Source: Polyangiaceae bacterium (GTDB lineage Bacteria; Myxococcota_A; Polyangia; Polyangiales; Polyangiaceae). From it: DNA of 64,000 nucleotides. Below, piece after piece: positions 1 through 10,015 of the stretch. The translations under genes and the position numbers were made by a program. The DNA lies in contig JBILLK010000019.1 of NCBI GenBank assembly GCA_044376115.1, positions 128,001 to 192,000 on the forward strand. The letters are read 5' to 3'. Each line of letters starts with the position of its first letter. Positions within the stretch are counted from its first letter, which is position 1. Under the pieces are notes generated by a model, which made no database searches, was not told where the DNA came from, and worked only from the letters and a program-made list of their open reading frames with translations.

Positions 1-209
1 GATTGCTTCCGCCGCAAGAGAAGCTGCTTTTGTTGCGACGCTGACAAGTTGCTGGGCTCCAGTTGGAGGTTTGCCAGCCGCTCGTCTGCCAGTGATCGAC
101 TCAGCTTGGGTCAACCTCTCGAAGGGAGCGAGGCGTTCGGCTCACTGCGTCAAACTTCGGCTGAACACGCGTCTTGGCGAGGTGGTGCTAGACGTTTACC
201 CTACCGCAC

Positions 210-2963
210 ATGGTGTCAGCTCCGCCCCTGCGAAGAACCTCGACGCGCGGGCGATTTGTAGGGCGCGCCGCCGAGTTAGCGTCGCTCGCACAAGGCCTGC
301 GCTCCGGCTCGGTTAGCACCATCGTAGGCCCGCCCGGCGTCGGCAAAACCAGGCTCGCGCGTGAAGCGGCGGCGGCTGAACGCAGCCGTCGCGACGTGAT
401 CATCTGCGACTTCTCGGAAGCGCGTTCGGACGAGGAAGTCCTCGGCGTGCTCGTGCGCGGCCTGTCCGCCGACGTGGCTGGCTCGAGCTCGCTTTCGGAC
501 GTCCGTGCGACGATTGGTCGCGCGCTCTCCGGCAAAGACGGCCTCTTGCTGGTGCTCGACAACTTCGAGCATTTGACGAAGTTTGCTGGGCTGGTTGCGC
601 GCGCCGCCGAGCTCGGACCGGCGCTCTTGGTGACCTCGCGTGAGCCGCTCGACCTCGCGGACGAGCAGGTTTTACCGCTCGAGCCGCTGGCCTTCGCTGA
701 TCATGACGGCCAGAACTCCGACGCCAAGCAGCTCTTTCTCGACTGCTTCCGCTCGCACAATCCGGGGCATGAGCCGCGGCCGCGCGAGCTCGAGATCGTT
801 AGCGGTTGGGTGCAGCGGCTGGAGGGCTTACCGCTCTCGATCGTGCTGGTCGCCGCCTCGACCAAGGCGCCCATCAGTGAAGAGCAGCTACAGCTCTCCG
901 GGGAGGTGCAGCGCAGCGTCGAGGCCACCATCGACGCCTCCTGGTCGCTCTTGAACCCGCAGGAGCAAGCCACCTTGGCCCAATGTTCGATGTTCCGCGG
1001 CGGCTTCGATGACGCCTCCGCCGAGGCCGTAGTCGCGCTGCCCACGGCCGAGAACGTGCGCGACCTGCTCACCCGTTTGGCCCGTAAGTCGCTCCTCTCG
1101 ATTCAATACGTGGGCGAACAAAACTCGGTCGAGCGGGCCCCCGGCGACACCGATCGCCCGTCGCTGCTCGGCTTACGTAAGCGCTTCACGATGTTGGCCA
1201 GCATTCGCGAGTTCGCCGCCGCCGCGTTGGCTCGGTCGGCCGAGAGCGAGGAAGCGCGCGGGCAGCGTGAGGTGCGCTTCGCGCGGCTGTTCGCAGCGCG
1301 AGCTCGCGAGGCCGCCGAGATCGAAATGGGGCTCGACGCGCGCGAGGCCAAGAGCTTCCTCGAGGTCGACATCGACAACCTGACGCTCGCCCACAAGCTC
1401 GCGATCGACAAGCAACTGGCCGAGCCTGCGGTGGAGCTGGCGCTCGGCATCGGCCTGGTAACGCGCGGGCGCACGCCGCTCTCACGCACCTTGTCGTTGC
1501 TCGATTCGGCCTTGGCGGCAGCCGATGATTCGCTCGATTCACGCGTCGCGGTGAGGGCGCTGATCGGTCGCACGCGCGTGCTCGAGTTGATGGGCCGCGC
1601 TGGCGAGGCGCTTACGTCGGCGCGCATGGCCCGCGAGATCGCCGAGGGGCTGGATCCGCCGGGCAGTTTCGAGAGCGTCGTCTCGCTCGATGCTTCGGCG
1701 CGCGCGCTCTTGTTACTCGGCCGTTGGAAAGAGGCTCGCGACGTCACGCTCCAGGTGGTCAAGAGCTTCGAGTCGCGCGGTATGGCGGCGTTTGCGGCGC
1801 GCGCCCGCATCACGCTGGGAGACACCTGGTTCTACGAAGACGACTTGCAGGAAGCCGAGGAGGCGTATTCGCAGGCGCTGGTATCGGCGCGCATCGTCGG
1901 GGAGAGCGGCGTGCTCGGTTTGGCGCGCTTGCGCAAGGCCATCGTCGACATGGATCGCGGTCGCGCGGATCAAGCTCGCGCAGGCTACGAGAGCGCGATC
2001 GTCGCCTTCCGCGTGGCCGGTGACCGGGGAGGGGAGGCGAGCGCTACCTGCTATCTGGCCGTGCTCGAGCACGAGCTCGGTGAGTTCGACGTAGCGCGCG
2101 CGCGCTTCGAGACGCTGGTCGCGACCACGCGCGAGCTCGGCAAGCGCCGTCAGCAAGGCATGGCGTTGGTCTATCTCGGGGCGCTCTTGGTCGAGCTCGG
2201 CGATCTCGCGGCCGCCTGTGACACGTTGGAGCTCGCCGAACGCATCCTCGGCGAGCTCGGCGTGGTCTCGACCGAGGCCTACGCGCTCGGCTGGCGCTCG
2301 GTCGCGCTGGCGATGGGCGGGGACATCGAAGGTTCGCGCGAGGCGTTTTTGCGCTGCCAAACCATGTTGCGCTCGAAGAAAGAGCAGTCCTTCTACGCGG
2401 CCGCAGCGGCGCTTTTCGAGGGCCACCTCGATCTGGCCTTGGCCCATCGCGCCGAACGCTCCTCCGACGAGGTCGCAGCGCGTGCGCACCGCGCGCAGGC
2501 GCGAGCACGGCTCGATGCGGCACCGCCTGCCGAGCGGATGCAAAGCGACGTGCGGATCGCCCGACGCGTGCTCGAAACGGCGCTCGGCCTGCTCAAACCC
2601 TTGGCGCCGCCGGCGATCAAGACCTCGGGCGAGCGGCCGCTCGTGATCGACAAGGCCGGGGCTTGGTTTCGGCCGGCCGACGGTGAGCGCGTGGACATCG
2701 AAACGCGCGCCCCGCTGCGCAAGATCCTGCTCATTTTGGCCGAAGCACGCCTCACCAAGTCGGGGACGCCGGTGCCACCCGCTGAGCTGATGCGGGAGGT
2801 CTGGCTCGATACGACCGACGTCGCGGCGTTGCAGAATCGTTTGCGCGTTGGCATCGCGACGCTACGGAAGCTCGGCTTGGCCAAGGTGCTCTTTACGCGC
2901 CCAACCGGCTATCTGCTCGATCCCGAAGCCGCCGTTCTGCTCAGCCACGACGGAAAAGGCTAG
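210..2963 (+). CDS. STAND/AAA-type ATPase + TPR repeats + C-terminal winged-helix transcriptional regulator
   Basis: Walker A GPPGVGKT, Walker B LLVLDNFE, LLVTSRE, LEGLPL, WSLL motifs; Ala/Leu-rich TPR-like helices; C-terminal OmpR-like wHTH (LMREVW...NRLRVGIATLRKLG...GYLL). Confidence 0.8.
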   Translation: MVSAPPLRRTSTRGRFVGRAAELASLAQGLRSGSVSTIVGPPGVGKTRLAREAAAAERSRRDVIICDFSEARSDEEVLGVLVRGLSADVAGSSSLSDVRATIGRALSGKDGLLLVLDNFEHLTKFAGLVARAAELGPALLVTSREPLDLADEQVLPLEPLAFADHDGQNSDAKQLFLDCFRSHNPGHEPRPRELEIVSGWVQRLEGLPLSIVLVAASTKAPISEEQLQLSGEVQRSVEATIDASWSLLNPQEQATLAQCSMFRGGFDDASAEAVVALPTAENVRDLLTRLARKSLLSIQYVGEQNSVERAPGDTDRPSLLGLRKRFTMLASIREFAAAALARSAESEEARGQREVRFARLFAARAREAAEIEMGLDAREAKSFLEVDIDNLTLAHKLAIDKQLAEPAVELALGIGLVTRGRTPLSRTLSLLDSALAAADDSLDSRVAVRALIGRTRVLELMGRAGEALTSARMAREIAEGLDPPGSFESVVSLDASARALLLLGRWKEARDVTLQVVKSFESRGMAAFAARARITLGDTWFYEDDLQEAEEAYSQALVSARIVGESGVLGLARLRKAIVDMDRGRADQARAGYESAIVAFRVAGDRGGEASATCYLAVLEHELGEFDVARARFETLVATTRELGKRRQQGMALVYLGALLVELGDLAAACDTLELAERILGELGVVSTEAYALGWRSVALAMGGDIEGSREAFLRCQTMLRSKKEQSFYAAAAALFEGHLDLALAHRAERSSDEVAARAHRAQARARLDAAPPAERMQSDVRIARRVLETALGLLKPLAPPAIKTSGERPLVIDKAGAWFRPADGERVDIETRAPLRKILLILAEARLTKSGTPVPPAELMREVWLDTTDVAALQNRLRVGIATLRKLGLAKVLFTRPTGYLLDPEAAVLLSHDGKG

Positions 2964-3031
2964 TTCACCCAACGCAGGCGGATGCAGCGTTCCCACCGGG
3001 GATAAGGTCCGGTAGGCTGCGCCCGCCAGCG

Positions 3032-6000
3032 ATGCCGAGCCTTAGCTCTCTGATTGTCCAACGCCAAGTCGCGACCATCGCCGAGGTGGAGCAGGCTATC
3101 GCCAGGCAGGTGATCCATGGCGGTGACTTCCTGACCAACCTGCTCGAGGTCGCGCCGCACGCCGAGCGCAACGTCAACTCGGTGTTCGGTGAATCGCTTG
3201 GGCTTCCGGCTGCGAGCCCGGGCCGCCTGCCACCGCCAGAGGATGAAGCGCTGGAGCTCGTGCCGATGGAGCTCGCGTTGCGTGCGGTCATGCTGCCGAT
3301 TCGGTTGCGCGACGGCGAGCTCTTGTTGGCCGTGAGCGACATCCTGCGGCCGCTGTTCGAGGAAGAGCTGCGGGCGGCGGGGATCGCCAAGTTGTCGCTG
3401 ATCGCCGCGCCCTTGATCCGCATCCGCGAGGGCATCGCAGCGCACTACGGCGCGCCGCTCGATGCACGTCAGCTTCGGCTCGTGGACCTGCTCGAGGCCT
3501 CGCTGAAAAGAGCGCCCGAGCCGCGGATTGCGCCGGCCAAACAGGCCTTCCCGGAGACCGATCTGCATCTGCCCACCGGCCTCAAGAGCGGCATTTCGCA
3601 GCGCCCACCGCCGGTCGAGGCGTCGCCCCCGACGCGTCGCAAGCCCAGTCGTGAGCTCGCTGCGTTGCGTGCCGCGAGCATCGCGAGTGAAGAGGTCGCA
3701 GCTCGCGTCGTCGCCGAACAAGCCGCGCGCGCCCCCGTCGCAGAGGAAGACGCCGGCTGGTCCGATCCTGCTCCCGTTGGCGATATCGCGCAGGCCGTCG
3801 TACCGCCTGCGCCCGCGATGCCGAGCTTTGCTCCCGCCGTTCCTCCGCCCGCCGCAGAGCCGGAGCCGTTGGCCGCCGAGGAGCCGCTGCAAGCGATGCA
3901 ACCCGCCTCCGAAGAGCCACCGGCGTTGCTCTTGGAGGCCGCTAGTTCGGCGGAGGCGCTCGAGTCTGCGCGGTTGCAGGCGGTCGCCTTCGAGGAAGCC
4001 GCGCTTGCGTACGAGTCGGATCTGCCGGTGAGCGGCCGCTTGACGGTGGCCCATGAAGCGCCCGCTCCGCCGCTTGCACGTCGCTCCGACCAAGCTCCGC
4101 TTCCTGAGGTCGTGGAGGCCGCCAACGTTCAGCCGGAGGTCGAGTCTCCGCCCGAAGTTGAATCGGAGGACTTCGCCGCCACCATCTCGGAGGCGCCATC
4201 CACCGAGGCCGAACCCTCGTTGCCCCAGGCGAGCGAGGAGCGACTGGTCTCGGTCATCGCTGAGAACCCGGTTGAGGACGCCTCTCCGCGGCCGCCGGGC
4301 ATGATCGACAAGCGGGCGCTCCATTCGCTGCTGCGGCGCGAGGTCGGGTCGAAGAAAGTTCGCGCCAAGACCGCTCGCCGCAAAGGGCCCTTCTCGCGCA
4401 GCGAGGCGGAACGCGAGCTGGAGACCGCGCGAACCCCCGACGACATCCTCGATATTTTCTTCGCCTTCGGCTCGCAGTTCTTTGAGTACGCGGCGTTGTT
4501 CGTAGCGCACGGCGATCTGCTCGAGGGGCGAGATGCTTGGGGCCCCGGCGCGGACCATCTGCGCGTTCTCGGCTTGGGCGTGCCGCTGGATTTGCCAAGC
4601 TCGCTCGCGGCGGTGCGCGGCAACGGTCAGGTGCTGCTTTCACGCTTTGACGATCACGAGATCGATCGCGAGTTCCGGCGAGACCTCGAGCGTTCGCCGC
4701 GCAAACCAAGCCTGGCCGCGTTGGTCCCGGTGACGATTCGAAGCCGCGCTGTCGGCATTCTCTACGGCGATGACGGCGATCAGGACGTCACTCTGGGTAG
4801 CCTCGGTGAGCTGCTCGGCTTCTGCGCGCTCGCATCCACCCACGTCGAGCGCTTGCTGCGGGCGAAGAAAGGCAAGACCGGCGCGATGCCGCGAGCCCAG
4901 CCTCACAGCGTTGCAGCCCTGGCGCGCGCGCTCGACCTGCCCGGCGCCGAGATCAAGACCGCCCCGCTCGCAACCTCCCACCCCGCTCCCGGTCGTGAGT
5001 CGCGCGTCTCGCCTGGCGCGGCCAGCGTCCTGCCGCCCGCGCCCCCGCCTCGCGCCGAGTACGAGCCGCCGCCGCGCGCCGAGTACGAGCCGTCCGGGCG
5101 CTCCGACACGCTGGACTACGCCGAGCTGAGCGCACCGAATCGCGCCCCGCTGATGCCGCGCTTCCCCTCGAGCATCCCGGCGCAGGAAGCCTTCGATGCG
5201 GCGCCGCTGACGGTGCCGACGGCTGCTGCACCGGACTTCGACGCGGGCTTGCGACCGGATCCGCTCGCTCCAACGGCCTTGGGGGAGGCAGGTCCCATCT
5301 CCAAGCGGGTCATCGCCACCCCGCTACCCGCGCCGCACGCGGACTCGTCGGCTGAACACGAGCGCTTCTCCTCGTCGTCTGCAACGGGCCCGAGTTCCAA
5401 GCAGGTTCGGTTTGTGCGGCCGATCCCGCGCGAAGAGGATGACGACGTCTCCGACGTCGTGGCGTCCAACTCCAGCGCGGGGGAGACGCCTATGCGCCAT
5501 TCGGTCGAGCCCGACTACGCGGACGGTCGCATCGGTAGTTATCATATTATCCCGCGACCGGCCGAGGCTCGGCGCCGCCCCGAGTTGACCGATATCGACG
5601 CGTTGCTGCACCGCGCGCTGGTCGGCGGCCTCGAAGGCGAAGAGGCCATCGGCGAGCTTTTGGCCCTGCCAGATACCGACGTACCGAAGCTCTTGGCGAA
5701 GTTTCCAGGCCCGCTCTCGGTAGACCGCCTGCGCTCCCGTGCCGATATTCCGCCGGCCTCGGAGTGCGGTCCGCTGCTCAAAGTGGTCGGCGTATTGCGG
5801 CGCGCTGCGTTGCCCTTCGTCACCGTGCGCAGCGCTTCTTCGGATCTCGAGCAACGCTTTTGGGCGACGCACATCTTGGGCGAGCTGCTCTACCCGGAGG
5901 CCTCGAGCGCGATCTTGCCGCGGCTATTCGATGATGACGTCGCGGTGCGACGGGTGGCCCGGCGCACGGCCCAGGCCCTCGTGGCGGCAGGAGCGCCCGG

Positions 6001-6448
6001 CGAGCCGCTCACCCAAAGCCTCGATCACACCATGCGCAACGCCGAGGAGCCGATGCACCGTCGTCTGCTCGCGGTCGAGGCCCTGGTCGACATTCGCGTC
6101 CCGCTGGTCGTGCCGATCCTGATTGGCGGTTTGCGCGACCCGTCCGATACCGTCGTCGAGGCGGCGCGCACCGGGCTGATCGTGGTCGCGCGGCAGGATC
6201 TCGGGCGCATCGCCGATGTCTGGCACGCCTGGTGGGTGGCGCACAAAGACCAACACCGCATCGAGTGGCTGATTGACGCTTTGACCCATGAGACGCACAG
6301 CATTCGTCGGGCTGCCGGCGAGGAGCTCAAGCTGCTCACGCGCGAGTACTTCGGTTACTACGATGACCTGCCGCCGCGTGAACGTGAGCGGGCCCAAGAG
6401 CGCTATCGCCAGTGGTGGTCCGACGACGGCATGTATCGCTTTCGTTAG
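3032..6448 (+). CDS. MshEN/GspE-N-like domain + Pro/Ala/Glu linkers + GAF-like + HEAT-repeat protein (FrgA-like)
   Basis: N-terminus LSSLIVQRQVATIAEVEQAIARQ...LVPMELALRAVMLPI; GAF-like VPVTIRSRAVGILYGD; HEAT-like C-terminus (LIDALTHETHSIRRAAGEEL). Confidence 0.65.
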   Translation: MPSLSSLIVQRQVATIAEVEQAIARQVIHGGDFLTNLLEVAPHAERNVNSVFGESLGLPAASPGRLPPPEDEALELVPMELALRAVMLPIRLRDGELLLAVSDILRPLFEEELRAAGIAKLSLIAAPLIRIREGIAAHYGAPLDARQLRLVDLLEASLKRAPEPRIAPAKQAFPETDLHLPTGLKSGISQRPPPVEASPPTRRKPSRELAALRAASIASEEVAARVVAEQAARAPVAEEDAGWSDPAPVGDIAQAVVPPAPAMPSFAPAVPPPAAEPEPLAAEEPLQAMQPASEEPPALLLEAASSAEALESARLQAVAFEEAALAYESDLPVSGRLTVAHEAPAPPLARRSDQAPLPEVVEAANVQPEVESPPEVESEDFAATISEAPSTEAEPSLPQASEERLVSVIAENPVEDASPRPPGMIDKRALHSLLRREVGSKKVRAKTARRKGPFSRSEAERELETARTPDDILDIFFAFGSQFFEYAALFVAHGDLLEGRDAWGPGADHLRVLGLGVPLDLPSSLAAVRGNGQVLLSRFDDHEIDREFRRDLERSPRKPSLAALVPVTIRSRAVGILYGDDGDQDVTLGSLGELLGFCALASTHVERLLRAKKGKTGAMPRAQPHSVAALARALDLPGAEIKTAPLATSHPAPGRESRVSPGAASVLPPAPPPRAEYEPPPRAEYEPSGRSDTLDYAELSAPNRAPLMPRFPSSIPAQEAFDAAPLTVPTAAAPDFDAGLRPDPLAPTALGEAGPISKRVIATPLPAPHADSSAEHERFSSSSATGPSSKQVRFVRPIPREEDDDVSDVVASNSSAGETPMRHSVEPDYADGRIGSYHIIPRPAEARRRPELTDIDALLHRALVGGLEGEEAIGELLALPDTDVPKLLAKFPGPLSVDRLRSRADIPPASECGPLLKVVGVLRRAALPFVTVRSASSDLEQRFWATHILGELLYPEASSAILPRLFDDDVAVRRVARRTAQALVAAGAPGEPLTQSLDHTMRNAEEPMHRRLLAVEALVDIRVPLVVPILIGGLRDPSDTVVEAARTGLIVVARQDLGRIADVWHAWWVAHKDQHRIEWLIDALTHETHSIRRAAGEELKLLTREYFGYYDDLPPRERERAQERYRQWWSDDGMYRFR
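5051..5092 (+). repeat. Short in-frame direct repeat (CGCGCCGAGTACGAGCCG x2, 24-nt period) encoding RAEYEP twice
   Basis: Copies seen at 5051-5068 and 5075-5092 in the Pro-rich linker. Confidence 0.8.
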
Positions 6449-6462
6449 GCGCACTGCGAGCG

Positions 6463-7593
6463 TTAGCGCGGGTCGAGCGGAGCTTGCGGCTCGTACAACT
6501 TACCTTGCGCGAACGGCGCGTACGGCAGTGCTCGGCAGCCGCTCTTGTCCAGCGCCACCAAGCTGCCGTCGGCCAGCACGGCCACCAGGCCCTGCTCGAA
6601 GGGCACGACCGCTCGCGGATTGAGGTTTCCGGCGTCGTACGCGTCGCGATGCTTCTCGAACGCTGGGCACGGCGGAAGGATCTCCACGCCGGCGGCCCGT
6701 ACGATGAACTGCTCGGTATTCGAAAGCACGATCACCAGCGATTCATCGGGCAAAAACACCGCCGAACCGATCGAGCCCATCGCGTTGCTCTTCGCCTCGA
6801 GCACCGGCACGCCGCGGCTATGGAGAGGCTTACCGTCGTTGGCCGAGAGGTCGTGAATGGCCACGACCCGCGCTTGGCCATCCGGGGCAAAAGCAATGAG
6901 CCCCTCGCGATAGACAAACACCGGCGCACCCTGCACCGTACCTGCCGCGATCATCCGGCCAAGATCCTCGACCGGCAAAACCGCCAGCGTCTGCCATTGA
7001 TCCGGCCCGGTTCGCCGCACGATCGCGCGACCATCGTTAGCGAAACCACTACCGACCAGCGTGTCGCCGAGGGCCAGCACCGGGGACACCTCACCGAGCA
7101 GCTTCTCTCGTTGTTCGATATGCCCGGTCTCCGCGTCCATCCACAAAAGCTCGCCGCTGTGCAGCTTCAAGAAGATCCGTTGGTCGGGCAAGGTGAACGC
7201 CGAATCGACGGTGTCCCGCGCGTAGGGCCGGTCTTTATCAACCACCGCGCCTCGCTCGAGGTCGGTCGGGGCAGCCACCCACGCGGAGCCGTCCCAGCGA
7301 TACCGCACGCCGTAACGGGTCATCAGGTAGATCTGCTTGCCCGCGATCAGCACGTTGGCCGTTCGCGTGCCTTGGTTGGGCTGGAAGTTCTCGTAGTCGT
7401 TGATCGGGTAATCGCGCCGGGTGACGTTACCGGCCAAAGCGTTAGCCGCGAGCCCTTCCGAGCCGGCCATCCACAATCGCCCGTCCGCATCGACAGCGGC
7501 CGATTCCACCGCCGAATAACGATAGAGGTTGCGGCAGCCGGTCGTCGCCAGCGCCACGAGCGCTGCCAGCGTTGTCCATCCTAGCGATTGCAT
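6463..7593 (-). CDS. Hypothetical lipoprotein, possible beta-propeller
   Basis: Signal peptide with lipobox-like LATTGC; beta-rich repeats (AVDADGRLW, YRWDGSAW, AFAPDG). Confidence 0.65.
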   Translation of the reverse strand: MQSLGWTTLAALVALATTGCRNLYRYSAVESAAVDADGRLWMAGSEGLAANALAGNVTRRDYPINDYENFQPNQGTRTANVLIAGKQIYLMTRYGVRYRWDGSAWVAAPTDLERGAVVDKDRPYARDTVDSAFTLPDQRIFLKLHSGELLWMDAETGHIEQREKLLGEVSPVLALGDTLVGSGFANDGRAIVRRTGPDQWQTLAVLPVEDLGRMIAAGTVQGAPVFVYREGLIAFAPDGQARVVAIHDLSANDGKPLHSRGVPVLEAKSNAMGSIGSAVFLPDESLVIVLSNTEQFIVRAAGVEILPPCPAFEKHRDAYDAGNLNPRAVVPFEQGLVAVLADGSLVALDKSGCRALPYAPFAQGKLYEPQAPLDPR

Positions 7594-8135
7594 ACGCGGC
7601 CGACTCCTCCGTCGATGATGGTGTCTTCAATCGGTGCCGTTCCCAGCTCTTCGTCGTTGGCGCCAATGACGAAGAGCACGATCGCTGCCGCCAGCGCGCC
7701 ACCACTGGCGAGCCCGGTCGGCAAGATCCAACTCGGCAGATCGCAGCTCTGGCCCAGGCAAAGCACCGTGGTTGCGCCCAGCGACGCGAGCAGCCCTCCA
7801 GCCGCCGCCAAGCCGGTGGCAAAGGCCGAGGCGAGGTAAGGTGAGGGCGTGCGCTTGGTCCCCGGCAACGGCTGTTCAAAGTGCATCTTTGCCGTGTAGC
7901 CGCGCAGTTTGGGATCGCTTGGCCCGCCGAAGACCTCACCAGGGGCTGGAGGGTCTGCGATCAGAAGACCCGCTCCAAGCGGCGTTCCGTCTTCGGTGCA
8001 AAGGGTATGTCTGAAGGTCGTCGACGTCTGCGCCCGTGCCACGTCCCCGGGGTGAAGCATCACGTGGTAATAGCGTTGGCTACAGCCAGTCGTCAGCATC
8101 GCCATCAGCGCCAACGCCCCGAGCTGCGATGCCAT
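7581..8135 (-). CDS. Hypothetical lipoprotein with two C-terminal hydrophobic helices
   Basis: MASQLGALALMAMLTTGC signal and lipobox; Gly/Ala-rich hydrophobic segments; starts just after the uraH stop. Confidence 0.55.
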   Translation of the reverse strand: MASQLGALALMAMLTTGCSQRYYHVMLHPGDVARAQTSTTFRHTLCTEDGTPLGAGLLIADPPAPGEVFGGPSDPKLRGYTAKMHFEQPLPGTKRTPSPYLASAFATGLAAAGGLLASLGATTVLCLGQSCDLPSWILPTGLASGGALAAAIVLFVIGANDEELGTAPIEDTIIDGGVGRVCNR

Positions 8136-8144
8136 TTTCAAAGC

Positions 8145-8480
8145 TCAGCTACCTCGATAGGTGGAATAGCCATAGGGGCTTAGCAGCAGCGGTACATGGT
8201 AATGCTCGCGCCCAGCCTCGACGTTGAATACCACCGTAACCTCGGGGTAGAAGCCGACTACGCCCTGCGTTTGGAAGTAGGGCGCCGTCTCGAACTCGAG
8301 CTTGTAGACGCCCGCCTCGAGCTTGTGGCTCTCGGGCAAGAGCGTGCGCAAGCGCCCATCCTCGTCAGTATTGCCCGAGCCCAAGAGCACGTAGCTGCCC
8401 GCCTGGGAGTGGAACAGCTTGACGGCTACGTTACTCGCCGGGCGCCCGCGCGAGAGATCCAGAATGTGGGTGGTAATCAC
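8145..8480 (-). CDS. uraH: 5-hydroxyisourate hydrolase (transthyretin-like)
   Basis: ITTHILD...GRPA N-terminus and HYHVPLLLSPYGYSTYRGS C-terminal signature. Confidence 0.97.
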   Translation of the reverse strand: MITTHILDLSRGRPASNVAVKLFHSQAGSYVLLGSGNTDEDGRLRTLLPESHKLEAGVYKLEFETAPYFQTQGVVGFYPEVTVVFNVEAGREHYHVPLLLSPYGYSTYRGS

Positions 8481-10015
8481 GGTTCACACAGCTTTCGCAG
8501 GCGCAGGTTGGCGATGGCGAGCAGTTCTTGTCCGGCCCGCGCGAGCTCAGCGTCGGGGTCATTCTCGAGCCGCTGGGTGAGCGCCGCGAGCAGCTCGGCC
8601 ACCGTCTTGCCGCTGGCGCAGATGATGTACGTAAAGCCGAAGCGAGCCTCGTAAGCGCGGTTGTTCTCCGCCATCTCGTCGCGTTGCGCGTCGGTGGCGG
8701 TTGCCATCCCCGCTTGCTCCTTGCGCGACCACTGCACCTCGTGCTGCTCGCGCTTGGCCGCGGCTTGGCTTTCCCCGATGCGCGGGTGAGCCGACATGGC
8801 CTCTTTCCACTCGCTCGGGCCGAGCGCTTCCCAGGCCTTTGTTGCTGCCTTGAGCAGCGCCTCCGGACCCTGGAACGGCCGGGCCTTGGTCATCGCCAAA
8901 GCCCAAGACTCGACGGCGGCGCACGCCTTGAAGGCGGCTTGGGCCTCCGGCGGCGGCAAGCGGTTGATGCGCTCGAGGCCGAGCTTGAGTCGCTCCTCCT
9001 CCTCCAGCGTACCGAAGGCGCGCAAACGACTGACTCCGCCGTCGGGATAGACCGATAAACGCAGGTGTGTCACCGGCCCAATCGGCAGGAGCTCCGGCTC
9101 GAAGAAGTGCCGCGTATGCGCCATCAGCTTGCGCCGCGGGAGCAGCGGCTTCCACTCGGCGGCTGAAAGCTCGGCGCCGTCCTCGAGCGCACAGCCGTCG
9201 ATGCTGGCGGTGTCCGGGAAGTTGCCCTTGAAGTGGTTGGTGTCGATCTCGACGCGGCTGATGCTGCCGCGCGCGGCGAGCTTGAGCACCGCCCAGTCGT
9301 TGCCTGGCCCGCGCCGTCTGCGGGTTTCCCAGCCGTCGCTCATGTTCACCGCGCGGCCCGGCATGATCAGGTTGCGCCGTTCACCGAAGAACATGTCGCT
9401 GGCGGTGAGCACGTCCCCGCCGTTTTCGGCTGCCGCGAGGTCCACCTCGCCGCGCGCGTGGCCGCGCCGGTGCCAATCCGGGACCACGCTGCCGATCACC
9501 CGAAGGCGCGCAACGCCGCCGTCGGGATAGATAACTAATTTTACGTGGGTGAAGGCAAACGAACAATCGACCTCGAAGCGGTTCTTGCTGTTGCCCTCGA
9601 GGTTCGAGCGCTCGAGGATGGGCGTCCACACCGTCTCGGGCGAGTGCAGGGCCTCCTCCGAGGCGTCGATCGGTAGCGCGGTGCCGAGCACCTCGCAGGC
9701 CTCCGGGAAGTTCCCTCGGAACCAGGAGGTATCCACGATCAGCGCGCGAACCACGCCCGGGCAACCCAAGCGAATGATCGCCCAGTCGTGGAAGTCCGGG
9801 TGCAGCGAGGTATCAGCGGTGCCGTCCGGATGGCGTTTGCGACGGCTCTCCCAGCCGTCCATCCATTTGCCTTTATCGGTGTAGGCGTGTTCGCGCCACT
9901 CGGCGTCATGCGCCAAAAGGAGGTTCTCCTTCTCGGCGAAGAAGTCGTCACTGCAGGAAACGACCACGGCTCCGAGCCGCAGCGATGCGAGATTCAGCCC
10001 ATCAAACGCAGTCAT
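8477..10015 (-). CDS. alc: Allantoicase fused to C-terminal OHCU decarboxylase (Alc-UraD)
   Basis: Two allantoicase repeats (DGWESRRKR, DGWETRRRR, YPDGGVxRLR), then UraD motifs HPRIG, SRKEQAG, YEARFGFTYIICASG; ATG 10015 overlaps the allB stop (TGATG). Confidence 0.92.
   Translation of the reverse strand: MTAFDGLNLASLRLGAVVVSCSDDFFAEKENLLLAHDAEWREHAYTDKGKWMDGWESRRKRHPDGTADTSLHPDFHDWAIIRLGCPGVVRALIVDTSWFRGNFPEACEVLGTALPIDASEEALHSPETVWTPILERSNLEGNSKNRFEVDCSFAFTHVKLVIYPDGGVARLRVIGSVVPDWHRRGHARGEVDLAAAENGGDVLTASDMFFGERRNLIMPGRAVNMSDGWETRRRRGPGNDWAVLKLAARGSISRVEIDTNHFKGNFPDTASIDGCALEDGAELSAAEWKPLLPRRKLMAHTRHFFEPELLPIGPVTHLRLSVYPDGGVSRLRAFGTLEEEERLKLGLERINRLPPPEAQAAFKACAAVESWALAMTKARPFQGPEALLKAATKAWEALGPSEWKEAMSAHPRIGESQAAAKREQHEVQWSRKEQAGMATATDAQRDEMAENNRAYEARFGFTYIICASGKTVAELLAALTQRLENDPDAELARAGQELLAIANLRLRKLCEP

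Noticed and set aside
210..2963. STAND ATPase-TPR protein considered as an Avs-type anti-phage system
   Set aside because: The C-terminus is a wHTH DNA-binding domain, there is no nuclease/TIR/SIR2 effector and no defence-island context; a common myxobacterial regulator type
2960..4558. 532-aa antisense ORF and similar long antisense ORFs (38480-39925, 44231-45580, 62063-63418)
   Set aside because: Typical stop-poor antisense frames in high-GC DNA opposite well-supported genes; no motifs
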